DNA of 64,000 nucleotides from Pseudoalteromonas sp. Lineage in GTDB: Bacteria > Pseudomonadota > Gammaproteobacteria > Enterobacterales > Alteromonadaceae. The stretch covers positions 26,984-90,983 of the forward strand of contig NZ_JAGYIU010000002.1 in NCBI RefSeq assembly GCF_018402495.1, in the 5' to 3' direction. Below, in pieces: positions 37,713 through 47,356 of this stretch (positions are counted from its first letter, which is position 1; every line of letters begins with the position of its first letter). The notes below the pieces were generated by a model, which saw only the letters and a list, made by a program, of their open reading frames with translations, ran no database searches and was not told the DNA's origin. A program made the position numbers and the translations under genes.

Positions 37713-38537
37713 TTAGTGCCAAACGATAGGATCAAATTGATAAAAATCAACTAGCAAACGGTAAATTTCGGGGTCTTCACGACGTAAATCGGCAGGCTTT
37801 TCTAAAAATGTTTCGGTGATCACCGCAAAAAACTCCGCCTCATTAGTGGCACCATAGCTATGAATAACATGGGGCATACCATAAGCAACCTGAGTTTTTA
37901 ACTGCGAAAACGCACGGCTAAATACCCTGCCCCATTGTTGGTATTTTGCTTTCGTTGAAAGTAGTGGCGTACCTGTGGTTTTACCGGTTTCTTGATCAAG
38001 TTGATGTGCAAATTCATGAAACACCAAGTTATGCCCATCACTGGGTAAGCGGTTACCTTCAAGCACATCATGCCAGCTAAGCACCAATGTTCCACCCGGC
38101 CACGATTCACCTTGCCTAACGGTATTATGAAAACTGACTAGTCCGGCGTTGTCGCGGCTTGATTGAGGAGCATAATAGGCGCTGGGGTAAAGTAAGATTT
38201 CTTTCACGTTTTTATACAAAGGCCAAGGCTTATTAAGTACCAACAGGCAGGCATCGGCGGCAATAATAAGCTTCATTGCCTCAGTTAATTGCAAACCATC
38301 GCAGGCAACAAAACGCTTTTCATTTAAAAACCACACAATATGGGATGCTAACTTGGCTCGCTCTGCATCGGTCATTTTGTTGTATATGGGCATAGCACGC
38401 AGTAACAATGTATGTTGTTGCTCGCTTAACAAGCGAGCACTATATTTACGTTGCCACACGGCATTTTGAATGTCAGGCCAGCGCCAAAATGTCACAATAA
38501 ATACAATTAAAACAAAAATTAATAGCCCATTTATCAT
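37713..38537 (-). CDS. mtfA: zinc metallopeptidase of the MtfA/M90 family
   Basis: 274 aa. N-terminal TM and an HEFAHQLD zinc motif in an MtfA-like context. Confidence 0.7.
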   Translation of the reverse strand: MINGLLIFVLIVFIVTFWRWPDIQNAVWQRKYSARLLSEQQHTLLLRAMPIYNKMTDAERAKLASHIVWFLNEKRFVACDGLQLTEAMKLIIAADACLLVLNKPWPLYKNVKEILLYPSAYYAPQSSRDNAGLVSFHNTVRQGESWPGGTLVLSWHDVLEGNRLPSDGHNLVFHEFAHQLDQETGKTTGTPLLSTKAKYQQWGRVFSRAFSQLKTQVAYGMPHVIHSYGATNEAEFFAVITETFLEKPADLRREDPEIYRLLVDFYQFDPIVWH

Positions 38538-38632
38538 TGGGTCGTCCTAAATCAAACCATTTAGCGTTAACGCCAAAATACTGCGCTCTGTATTACTAAA
38601 TTTATAATGGGTGCACAGAGGCTGTTTTTCAA

Positions 38633-41515
38633 TCACATTACTTCGGTTCGATTTCGGCCTTTGTTTTTTGCCTTATACAAAGCTTGGTCGGCACGCGATA
38701 ATAACCTATCGTAATCATCAACATTACTTGAATCAGACACACCAAAACTTACGGTTACACTGAGACCTTCTGCAATATTTGAAAAGTTTTTGTTTTCAAT
38801 ACATTTACGCAATTTCTCGCACACTTCTAGTGCTTGTAACGCGGTGGTGTTAGGAAACACAAAGGTAAATTCTTCGCCCCCCCAACGAGCCACCTCTTGC
38901 CCACCTTCACGGTGCGCTTTAAGCATGTCCGCGACTTCACATATAACCTGATCACCTATGAGGTGCGACCAACCATCGTTAATACGTTTAAAGTGATCAA
39001 TATCCATAATAGCGATAGCAAGCGATTTATTACATGCTTTAAAGTCTGAAAAGTTATCCGCCAGCCAGCCATCAAATGCACGGCGATTCGGTAAATCAGT
39101 AAGCTGATCGTGTGTAGCTTGATATGCAAAGGCACTGGCTTGTTCTTGTAGTGCTTGCGTTTGCTGAACCACTCGGCTGGTTAATTCTTTTTCTACTTGT
39201 TTATAACGGTATAAACGATAACGATAAGCACTCCAAAAAAGTACAACAAAAGTAAAGAATGCAAATAGCTTGAAACTGGTTTTTTGCCAAAAATACGATT
39301 GGATTTCAAAATGAACAATTTTATGATTTTGTTGCCAATCAGTATTTGGATAGGCTGCACGTACTGCAAATGAATACTTACCTGCTGGTAAGTTCGTGTA
39401 TTCAGCGGTCGCAATATGCTGGCGGTTTATCCACTCGTTATTAAAACCTTTCAATTTTGTCTGAAAGTTTAATCGCTGCGGCATAATAAAGCTCAGTCCA
39501 GCATAATGAAATGATAACCGCTTAACCCCTGGTGGTAAAATAATTGTCTTCCCCTCTGCGGGTAATAACGTTGGTTTGCCATCAACAGAAAAACTTTCAA
39601 TAATCGTTGGCAGCGAAGTTTTAGTGGCTTCTTTTAAGCGCTCAGGTTTTACTGTACTCACCCCTTTTGCGGTAGCAAACCAAATAGTGCCATCTGAATG
39701 AGCCGTTGCAGAGGGAGTTGAGCCGCCATTCGCTTGCGCACTGAGCATACCATCACCCTCATCGTATAATTGAAAGGCTAACGAACTAGGGTTTTTGCGC
39801 GTTGAGTCAAGCAGCTCATTTACCTGCTTATAATTGACTTCAATAATGCCACGATTACTTGATAACCAAAGTGAATCTTTGAACGGTACAATTTGAAAGA
39901 GCTTATCGACCGGTAAACCTAATTCACGCCCTAAAATAGCCATCTTTGCGTTTGAATGATCATAACGAACTAAGCCTCGGTCGGTGGCCATCCATGTGTA
40001 TTTATCGTCAATGAAAAAGCCAAACGCATATTGAGCCTCAAACTCAGTAGGAAATACAACAGGATCAAAGACGTCAGTTTGCGTATTATAAACCACCACC
40101 CCATTACCTGTTCCTATCCAGATATTACCCGAATTATCTTCATTTAACGCCAAAATAAAGCCACTAGGTAGCTCTTTTTTGTTAGTAAACTGAACTAAAC
40201 TACCATCACTATTAACGCGAGTAAGCCCCATAGCAGAGCCTATCCATAAGCGATTTTTTGAATCAAAATGCATGGATCTTACTTCATTACTGCCTAAACC
40301 CTTATTACGATTTAAATAAGGGACGAGCTCGTTATCAACCACTTTTAAAACACCAGAGGTATAAGTGCCTACCCAAACATCTCCTTGATTTTGCTCTAGT
40401 AAACTTAATACTGAGTAAGGCGAGCCTTGTTTAGTGCCTTTAATATGGGTGATTTTATTATTTTGCAGCCGGTCTAAGCCTGTACTCCCGCCTATCCATA
40501 AACTGCCATCAGAATGTGACATGACCGCTCGAACATAATCGCTAGATAAACCTCGCTTTTTACCCCATGACGAAAACGGCGCTTCCCTTAACCTAAATAC
40601 ACCTGCGTTAGTCCCCACCCATATGCTGTTTTCTCTGTCTTGTAATAACGACAAGATACGATTAGCAGGTAAGCCATTTTGAGCATCTAATTGCTCCAAA
40701 CCATCTACGCTAAGCCTAAAAACACCTTTATTAATGGTGCCAAACCACAGATCGCCATGGTTATCCTCTAGTAGACTAGAAATGGATTCTGTATCAAGCT
40801 GTGGGTGAGGTGATTCAAATACATCATCATTTAATACTCGTGCACCTTTTTCACTGCCTATAACAAGGCGGCCATCACGGGTAATTAATAAGGTATAAAC
40901 AGGCGCATCAGGTAGACCCTGTTGTGGAGTCATCAGCGTCGGCTTATAGTTAACTATTTTATATAAGCCATCACTGGTTGCAGCCCAAATAACTCCTTTA
41001 GTGTCTTCAATTATTCGATACGCACTAACGTTTTGTATAATTGGCGTGTCTTTACTGCTATTAGCAGAGCGGTAAAACACGCCGTCACTTTCAAGTGCCA
41101 GCCACAGGTCATCATTTTTACTTTTAAATATATGATTAACCATAGCTTGGGCATTTGGTTGCGTATCCCATTGCCGGTGTTGATATACACTAATACCGCC
41201 GCGGGAGCCCGCTATAAGTAGGCCACCCTCTGATGTAGGAGTAAGTGCTCGAATTCCCGAGTCAGGCAAGTCGGTAATCTCTGAGCGAGTAAATAGCTTA
41301 AACTCTTGCCCATTAAAACGGGCAAGCCCTTCCCAGGTACCAACCCATAAATAGCCATCTTGTGTTTGTGCAAGGCTATTAATACTATTATGAGGAAGAC
41401 CCGAGCGTGTATTCCAGGTTTCAAAAAAATAATCACGTAAAGGCAAACGCGTCTGTTGCTGTGCGTCAACAGTAAAAATCACCAACAAAATACATAAAAC
41501 CACTAAGCGATTCAT
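38633..41515 (-). CDS. periplasmic two-component-regulator-propeller/Y_Y_Y sensor fused to diguanylate cyclase
   Basis: 960 aa. Signal peptide, repeated propeller motifs (LWIGT, GLxxF), a TM segment, and a C-terminal GGDEF domain with GGEEF. Confidence 0.85.
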   Translation of the reverse strand: MNRLVVLCILLVIFTVDAQQQTRLPLRDYFFETWNTRSGLPHNSINSLAQTQDGYLWVGTWEGLARFNGQEFKLFTRSEITDLPDSGIRALTPTSEGGLLIAGSRGGISVYQHRQWDTQPNAQAMVNHIFKSKNDDLWLALESDGVFYRSANSSKDTPIIQNVSAYRIIEDTKGVIWAATSDGLYKIVNYKPTLMTPQQGLPDAPVYTLLITRDGRLVIGSEKGARVLNDDVFESPHPQLDTESISSLLEDNHGDLWFGTINKGVFRLSVDGLEQLDAQNGLPANRILSLLQDRENSIWVGTNAGVFRLREAPFSSWGKKRGLSSDYVRAVMSHSDGSLWIGGSTGLDRLQNNKITHIKGTKQGSPYSVLSLLEQNQGDVWVGTYTSGVLKVVDNELVPYLNRNKGLGSNEVRSMHFDSKNRLWIGSAMGLTRVNSDGSLVQFTNKKELPSGFILALNEDNSGNIWIGTGNGVVVYNTQTDVFDPVVFPTEFEAQYAFGFFIDDKYTWMATDRGLVRYDHSNAKMAILGRELGLPVDKLFQIVPFKDSLWLSSNRGIIEVNYKQVNELLDSTRKNPSSLAFQLYDEGDGMLSAQANGGSTPSATAHSDGTIWFATAKGVSTVKPERLKEATKTSLPTIIESFSVDGKPTLLPAEGKTIILPPGVKRLSFHYAGLSFIMPQRLNFQTKLKGFNNEWINRQHIATAEYTNLPAGKYSFAVRAAYPNTDWQQNHKIVHFEIQSYFWQKTSFKLFAFFTFVVLFWSAYRYRLYRYKQVEKELTSRVVQQTQALQEQASAFAYQATHDQLTDLPNRRAFDGWLADNFSDFKACNKSLAIAIMDIDHFKRINDGWSHLIGDQVICEVADMLKAHREGGQEVARWGGEEFTFVFPNTTALQALEVCEKLRKCIENKNFSNIAEGLSVTVSFGVSDSSNVDDYDRLLSRADQALYKAKNKGRNRTEVM

Positions 41516-41628
41516 TTGTTATTGCCTTTATATTTATAATTATTTAATTTTTAGTATATTTGGATAGAGTGAAAATTAAGTAAAAAACACCTGCGGCGAA
41601 TGATAACATAACATTTACAACTTTTTCA

Positions 41629-42291
41629 TTAATTATTATCGCTCAAATTATCAAATGTACACTGTAATTGTTGGATAAACTTAGCCACATGAAGCCCATC
41701 CAATAGCGCATGATGAACATCAATGGATAGTGGCATTTCGCCCGTATTAAGATTGTATTGACCAAACACAAACTTAGGAATGCCAAAACTTTGACCATGA
41801 GTAAACGCATGCGAGAAACTACTAAAATTTAACCAAGGAAGAACCGACACATGAATTAAATCAGCTTGGCCTTCAGTTGCTGTAAACGCATCACAAAACA
41901 GTGGATTTAATTTTGCTTTATGGCTAATGACTTTCGCCTCATTGGCAAATTCATTTAACGACTCGTGCAGTTTAAAATAACTAAAGCGAAACGAGTCATC
42001 ATCGGCAAGCTCAACTACACTGGCTCGCGTAGTATTTAAGTAATGGGGTTTTTGATTAATAATGCGCAGCATCATCGGCTCATAATCATGACATGCTTTT
42101 AATAAGCAATAAACATAGCCATGAAAAAAAGCAATATTAGCTTGTTTACACACGGTATACAGGTTTTTCGCATTAAGTTGTACGCACACGTTAAAATAAG
42201 GCTGCGTGAAATTTTTAAATAATTCGAAATGCTGCGCGCGCGACCATTGCTCAAAATCAATAGGGGTAATAGAAAAATCAGTATAAGTCAT
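41629..42291 (-). CDS. chloramphenicol acetyltransferase-family (CatA-like) O-acetyltransferase
   Basis: 220 aa. W-x-R-x-x-HF near the N-terminus and a catalytic-His motif VHHALLDGLHVAKF, parallel to CAT VHHAVCDGFHV. Confidence 0.8.
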   Translation of the reverse strand: MTYTDFSITPIDFEQWSRAQHFELFKNFTQPYFNVCVQLNAKNLYTVCKQANIAFFHGYVYCLLKACHDYEPMMLRIINQKPHYLNTTRASVVELADDDSFRFSYFKLHESLNEFANEAKVISHKAKLNPLFCDAFTATEGQADLIHVSVLPWLNFSSFSHAFTHGQSFGIPKFVFGQYNLNTGEMPLSIDVHHALLDGLHVAKFIQQLQCTFDNLSDNN

Positions 42292-42441
42292 AAAATATAA
42301 GCATAGTGTAAAAGTAAATTTTACCGTGCTTTGCCTATATTCGCATTAACTAAAATGACGCTTTGAGTGTAGTTATACCAAAGTCTTACACTAGGTATAA
42401 AAAGGAGCGTATTTCGCTCCTATTTTAAACCGCCTGAAAAC

Positions 42442-43482
42442 TTAAAGTCCGTTTTCAATAATTTCTTGTGCCAGTTCATCGGCAATTAAATGCGTTGATT
42501 TTTGCTCTTTTTCACCACGGGTAAAAATTTCACTTAGTGTATCGTAAATTCTTTCTACGTGTTTATTCGAAGCCTCTTCACTGTAACCCTCTGGCGCAGT
42601 TTCGTAATAAACGTTAATAATACCGCCCGCATTTATTACATAATCAGGTGCGTATAATATGCCCTTTTCACGTAAAACTTCACCATGGCGTGATTCCGCA
42701 AGTTGATTGTTCGCACAACCTGCTACTATGGTTGCTTTTAAACGAGGGATCGTTATGTCATTAATAGTGGCACCTAATGCACAGGGTGCATAAACATCAA
42801 CATCTAAGTCATATATTTCATCAATACCAACCGCGGTTGCGCCAAAATCATTTACGACACGCTCTACTGCAGCTTGATTAATATCTGTAACAAATAACTC
42901 AGCACCTGCTTGTGCTAAATGTTTACATAATCCATAAGCCACCGCGCCTAAACCTTGCACAGCTACTTTGATGCCAGAAAAGTCTTGAATGCCACGTTGA
43001 TGGTTAAGCGCCGCTTTTATACCTAAAAAAGTACCATAGGCTGTAAATGGTGACGGGTTACCACTTTTGCCTTCAAGGCCTAATACATAGTTGGTTTCTT
43101 TGTTCATTAACGCCACATCGTCACAGGTAATGTTTACGTCTTCGGCTGAATAGTAGCTACCATTTAGTCGCTCTAGCTGGCGGCCAAACGCGCGAAATAA
43201 CTGCTCAGATTTGATTTCTTTTGCATTACCAATAATCACTGACTTGCCACCACCAAATGGCAAACGTGCTACGGCATTTTTATAGGTCATCCCTTTTGAT
43301 AAGCGAAGGACATCATACACTGCATCCTCATCATTGGCATAATCCCACATTCTACAACCACCTACCGCTGGGCCTAAGTTTGTATTATGTACCGCAATGA
43401 TGGCCTTTAAACCAGACGCTTTGTCTGAACAAAAAACCACTTGTTCATGGTTATCAAATTCAACTTGATTAAATACAACCAC
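42442..43482 (-). CDS. Leu/Phe/Val (Glu/Leu/Phe/Val family) amino-acid dehydrogenase
   Basis: 346 aa. Contains GGCRMW, KGMTYKNA..PFGGGKSVI (catalytic Lys region) and an NAD-binding GLGAVAYGL. GTG start with a GGAG RBS 8 nt upstream. Confidence 0.8.
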   Translation of the reverse strand: MVVFNQVEFDNHEQVVFCSDKASGLKAIIAVHNTNLGPAVGGCRMWDYANDEDAVYDVLRLSKGMTYKNAVARLPFGGGKSVIIGNAKEIKSEQLFRAFGRQLERLNGSYYSAEDVNITCDDVALMNKETNYVLGLEGKSGNPSPFTAYGTFLGIKAALNHQRGIQDFSGIKVAVQGLGAVAYGLCKHLAQAGAELFVTDINQAAVERVVNDFGATAVGIDEIYDLDVDVYAPCALGATINDITIPRLKATIVAGCANNQLAESRHGEVLREKGILYAPDYVINAGGIINVYYETAPEGYSEEASNKHVERIYDTLSEIFTRGEKEQKSTHLIADELAQEIIENGL

Positions 43483-43869
43483 TTTAAATACTCCGAAAAT
43501 AATGAGCCCTAATGGGCAAGCACGCTACAAATTGTTGAGACTTTATCACTTCAGTTAGTGCTTCGCCATACTATGAGTAGATAAACCACACAAGCCTGAC
43601 TCAACAGAAGAATAAAACGGCTTATTGCAAAATGTGGGTATAAAAAATTTAATGAAATCCAATTTATTGGAATTAAAAACTAAAAATACCACCCTCACCA
43701 ATCTTTACGCTTACGTGAACGTCAATTTAAAAAACTATGTAAACTTAATTGCACACCCTGAAAAAGCACACTACCTGATAAAATACAAAGACTTATATAA
43801 TAATTTATCTATGTAACACAAACTGGTCTGAGGTGTACAAGTCTCTACAAATTTAAAAGTAAATATCGA

Positions 43870-44456
43870 GTAGGGTGAGATTTTGTCTTACCCCTCTCAC
43901 AGTGCCGTACCTACGGGCCCTATATACGGCTCCTGTATTCTTCTATATCTTTGGCTTATTTTCTAAACCTTGATTGAGCAAGCCATCCTATACATATAAA
44001 CCTTGCTCTTCAAAGCATTGGTTTGGCATCACTATACTCGATAATGGGCTTAGAGAATTTCGCCATGAGTTCATTTTGATGAATTAAATGGCAGCTTTTC
44101 CCTAATTGTTTTAGTCTTTTATGCAACCTCACTGAATTTTTCCACAACCTTAACTCAATTGCCCTTAATCGTCGTCTCACCCACCTCGTCAACGCCTCTA
44201 GTACCCGTTTACAATTGGCTATACTGAAATAATTTACAAAACCTCGCGCCACTGGGTTTGGTCTTTTTATTACTTCAACTAAGTTCATGCCGCTATTTAG
44301 TTTTGTTAATCGTTTAACTGTTTGTTTGAAGCCCTTGAGTTTTGAGCCTTGGATCCGTGTCCAATTACTGCCTATCTCCACCCCCAAGAACTTTACCCTT
44401 TCACTACTATGCGCTGTATGCGTTTTCTTTTGGTTGACTGTTAACTTCAGGAGCAA
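43870..44456 (-). mobile_element. 3' remnant of a group II intron (maturase C-terminus, domain V, domain VI)
   Basis: On the minus strand, GAGCCGTATATAGGGCCCGTAGGTACGGCAC (43902-43932) resembles domain V with an AGC triad. It is followed by a GTGAGA...TCTCAC hairpin (domain VI-like) ending ...CCCTAC. The 5' two-thirds of the intron is absent, so the upstream boundary is uncertain. Confidence 0.6.
44010..44456 (-). pseudogene. truncated group II intron reverse transcriptase/maturase (C-terminal ~145 aa only)
   Basis: KFLGVEI..., ARGFVNYFSIA, LTRWVRRRLRAIELRLWK are typical RT-domain-7/thumb (domain X) motifs. No RT domains 1-6 lie upstream. Confidence 0.75.
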
Positions 44457-44586
44457 GTATGTAGTTGGCTACGGCAACACTGTCTATCAAATCGTGTATT
44501 TAGTGGTTATGAAGAAATAGTAAAACAAGTATCGCAATCGTGGAATAAATTCATCTCAGTTCCTGATACGGTTAAAAGCATATGCT

Positions 44587-44613
44587 TGCATATTCTCCCC
44601 AGCTTTGATCACC
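44587..44613. repeat. IS21-family left terminal inverted repeat
   Basis: tgcatattctccccagctttgatcacc. Further ctttgatc repeats lie about 44630-44720. Confidence 0.8.
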
Positions 44614-44803
44614 CAATGGCATTAACTTTGATCGCTTATTCTCATTAAGCTTTGATCACGAAAATTACTCGATAATGATCACTTTTGTGCTCTTAATAAT
44701 TTTGCCGATCAAAGCTTAATGCCACTCGTCACCGAGTTCACGTTTTATCATTTTTGTAGGTATGTTAAACCGTTATCTAAATCATTTGATGAGGATAACA
44801 ATA

Positions 44804-46354
44804 ATGTCAACAAGACCTATATCTATGAGTAAATTACATGCTATTTTACGGCTGAAATATTCAGCAAAATTATCCCATCGAAAGATTGCCAGAAGCTTAA
44901 ATATTTCACCTGGCACTGTGGCTAATTACGTTAAAAAGGCCAATGAGTTAGGCTTAAACCAATGGCCGTTACCTGAAGATAAACAACACGGTACGTTTCT
45001 TAATACAAAAATCAGGGACTTCTCACCCCGTCAAAAAAGATACCCAACACCTGACTGGCTCACCATCAATAAGGATTTAAAGCAGCACAAACATTTGACG
45101 TTGCAGTTAGTATTCGATGAATTGCGTGAGAAAGTCGGTGAGCCATATTACAGTTATAGCCACTTTTGCCGAGCCTATCGGGAATGGGTGGGCAAACAAC
45201 GATTGTCGATACGTCAGCATCATAAAGGCGGTGAAAAATTGTTTGTGGATTATTGTGGCCCCACGCTGACCATCACGTGCCCTACAACACAGGAGACACG
45301 CACTGCTCAAGTGTTTGTTGCCGTGCTCGGCGCATCAAATTATACCTATGCTGAGGCAACGTATAGCCAGCAACTTGAAGATTGGGTGATGAGTCATGCC
45401 CGTTGCTTTACGTTTTTAGGCGGTGTGCCTGAGCTTGTTATTCCCGACAACTTAAAAAGCGCCGTTAGTAAACCCTGTCGCTACGAGCCTGATTTAAATC
45501 CGACGTACCACCAGTTAGCCGAGTACTTTAACGTGGCTGTCATTCCGGCTAGACCTTATAAACCCAAAGATAAATCGAAGGCTGAAGTCGGTGTACAAAT
45601 TGTTGAGCGTTGGATCATGGCACGCTTGCGTAACCAAACCTTCTACAGCTTAGCGCACCTAAATCAAGAAATAGCAAAGCTACTTGATGTAATGAACAAT
45701 AAGGTGATGAAGCAATATCAACAGTCACGTAAACAGCTCTTTGATATAGTGGATAAAAGCGCATTAAAGCCATTGCCTGAAAAGCCCTATCACTATACAC
45801 AAATCAAAACGGTGCGAGTACACATTGATTATCATGTTGAAATAGAGAAACATTATTACAGTGTGCCGTATCAGTGGGTTAAGAAACAATTACGCGCACA
45901 CATAACCAATCAGCTAGTACAGCTTTATCATGACGATACCTTAATCGCACAGCATCCGCGTTCACATCGTTTAGGTGGGCATACAACACAGTCTCATCAT
46001 ATGCCTCTGGCGCATCAAAAACAGCATGAGCAGTCACCGATAAATTTACGCTCATGGGCATTAAGTATCGGGGAGTATACCCATCAAGTTATTGAGTTAC
46101 AGCTTAGTGGACGGCGTCACCCCGAGCACGCTTATCGCGCCTGTTTAGGGGTGTTAAGTTTAGCTAAAATCTATTCAAAAGAGCGGCTTGAGCAGGCCTG
46201 TTATCGCGCAATCGTGATGAATACGGCAACACTCAAATCAATTAAGCAGATGCTGAAAAAAGGATTAGATCAACAACCGTTACCCACACAGCAAACAGAG
46301 CCAGAAAAGCCAGTTACACATAGCAACATACGTGGCACAGATTATTACCATTAA
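44804..46354 (+). CDS. istA: IS21-family transposase IstA
   Basis: The HTH N-terminus (LSHRKIARSLNISPGTVANYV) and DDE region are typical of IstA. I prefer the ATG at 44804 with a GAGGA RBS; the ORF track starts at 44762. Confidence 0.9.
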   Translation: MSTRPISMSKLHAILRLKYSAKLSHRKIARSLNISPGTVANYVKKANELGLNQWPLPEDKQHGTFLNTKIRDFSPRQKRYPTPDWLTINKDLKQHKHLTLQLVFDELREKVGEPYYSYSHFCRAYREWVGKQRLSIRQHHKGGEKLFVDYCGPTLTITCPTTQETRTAQVFVAVLGASNYTYAEATYSQQLEDWVMSHARCFTFLGGVPELVIPDNLKSAVSKPCRYEPDLNPTYHQLAEYFNVAVIPARPYKPKDKSKAEVGVQIVERWIMARLRNQTFYSLAHLNQEIAKLLDVMNNKVMKQYQQSRKQLFDIVDKSALKPLPEKPYHYTQIKTVRVHIDYHVEIEKHYYSVPYQWVKKQLRAHITNQLVQLYHDDTLIAQHPRSHRLGGHTTQSHHMPLAHQKQHEQSPINLRSWALSIGEYTHQVIELQLSGRRHPEHAYRACLGVLSLAKIYSKERLEQACYRAIVMNTATLKSIKQMLKKGLDQQPLPTQQTEPEKPVTHSNIRGTDYYH

Positions 46355-46365
46355 GGAAACGAATC

Positions 46366-47121
46366 ATGATAGACACCATTAACCAACAACTTCAACTACT
46401 TAAGTTATCGGGTATAAAGCAGGCACTCAAGCAGCAGCTTGAACAGCCTAACTTATATCAAGAACAAAGCTTTATAGAGCGCGTTAGTTTATTGCTAACA
46501 CATGAAATTGACACGCGTGAGCAAAGAAAAATTGACCGGCTCGTGCGACAGGCTAAATTCCGCTTACCGGCTCAGTTAAATCAACTGATTTACTCGCCGA
46601 CACGCAATATAGAAAAAGCACAGATACGCAACTTAAGCCAAAATAGCTGGCTGAACTTACATCAAAATATCTTAATCACTGGCGCAACAGGCTGTGGCAA
46701 AACATACCTCGCATGTGCTTTAGGGCATGAGCACTGCCTAAAAGGAAAAAGTGTTTACTATGTTCGATTAAAAGAACTACTTGAAAGCCTGTTTCTAGCA
46801 CAAGCAGATGGTAGTTACCGAAAATTACTAGCGAAGTTAATAAAGTATGATCTACTGATCTTAGACGATTGGGGGCTTGAACCACTGAGTGCACAGCAAC
46901 GAGGTGACTTACTCGAATTAATCGATTCACGGTATGGGTATAAATCACACATAATAATAAGTCAGCTCCCGCAGGAAAACTGGCATGAGATGATAGGAGA
47001 ATCAACCCATGCTGACGCCATTTTAGATAGGCTAATTCATGGTTCGATTAAGTTGAACTTAAAAGGAGAATCGATACGAAAACAGTTAAATAAATTGACT
47101 GATGATGATCAGTTAAGCTAA
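46366..47121 (+). CDS. istB: IS21-family helper ATPase IstB
   Basis: 251 aa. Walker A GATGCGKTYLACALG and Walker B LLILDDWG. Confidence 0.9.
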   Translation: MIDTINQQLQLLKLSGIKQALKQQLEQPNLYQEQSFIERVSLLLTHEIDTREQRKIDRLVRQAKFRLPAQLNQLIYSPTRNIEKAQIRNLSQNSWLNLHQNILITGATGCGKTYLACALGHEHCLKGKSVYYVRLKELLESLFLAQADGSYRKLLAKLIKYDLLILDDWGLEPLSAQQRGDLLELIDSRYGYKSHIIISQLPQENWHEMIGESTHADAILDRLIHGSIKLNLKGESIRKQLNKLTDDDQLS

Positions 47122-47175
47122 TTTAAAAATGGCTCTACAAAATGATAAATCAGGTGATCAAAGCTGATGAGAATC

Positions 47176-47201
47176 GGTGATCAAAGTCATGAGAATACGC
47201 A
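47176..47201. repeat. IS21-family right terminal inverted repeat
   Basis: The reverse complement tgcgtattctcatgactttgatcacc matches the left end. A second ggtgatcaaagc copy lies just inside. Confidence 0.8.
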
Positions 47202-47303
47202 ATGCTCTAGAGACTGGATAAAATTGACTTAATCTTTATGCAGATTGGTATTAGTATAAAACATCTTTCAGCCTATCAAGTTTGCCAGCTTAGCTGGGCA
47301 AAC

Positions 47304-47328
47304 AAAAAAAGCGATACTGAGTATCGCC
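47304..47328 (-). terminator. rho-independent terminator downstream of nadA
   Basis: The minus strand reads gcgatactcagtatcgc followed by T8. Confidence 0.75.
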
Positions 47329-47356
47329 TTTGAATAATACTTTATTGTGTAATTTA

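Larger units (their letters stand above)
44587..47201 (+). mobile_element. IS21-family insertion sequence (2615 bp) with 5-bp target site duplication ATGCT
   Basis: Imperfect terminal inverted repeats start TGCATATTCTC / TGCGTATTCTC (TG...CA ends). CTTTGATC(A) motifs are reiterated at both ends. Contains istA and istB genes. ATGCT is present at 44582-44586 and at 47202-47206. Confidence 0.85.

Noticed and set aside
43625-43816. 63-aa plus-strand ORF between the dehydrogenase gene and the intron remnant
   Set aside because: It uses a non-ATG start, its product is an Asn/Lys/Leu-rich low-complexity sequence typical of AT-rich spacer DNA, and it has no RBS.
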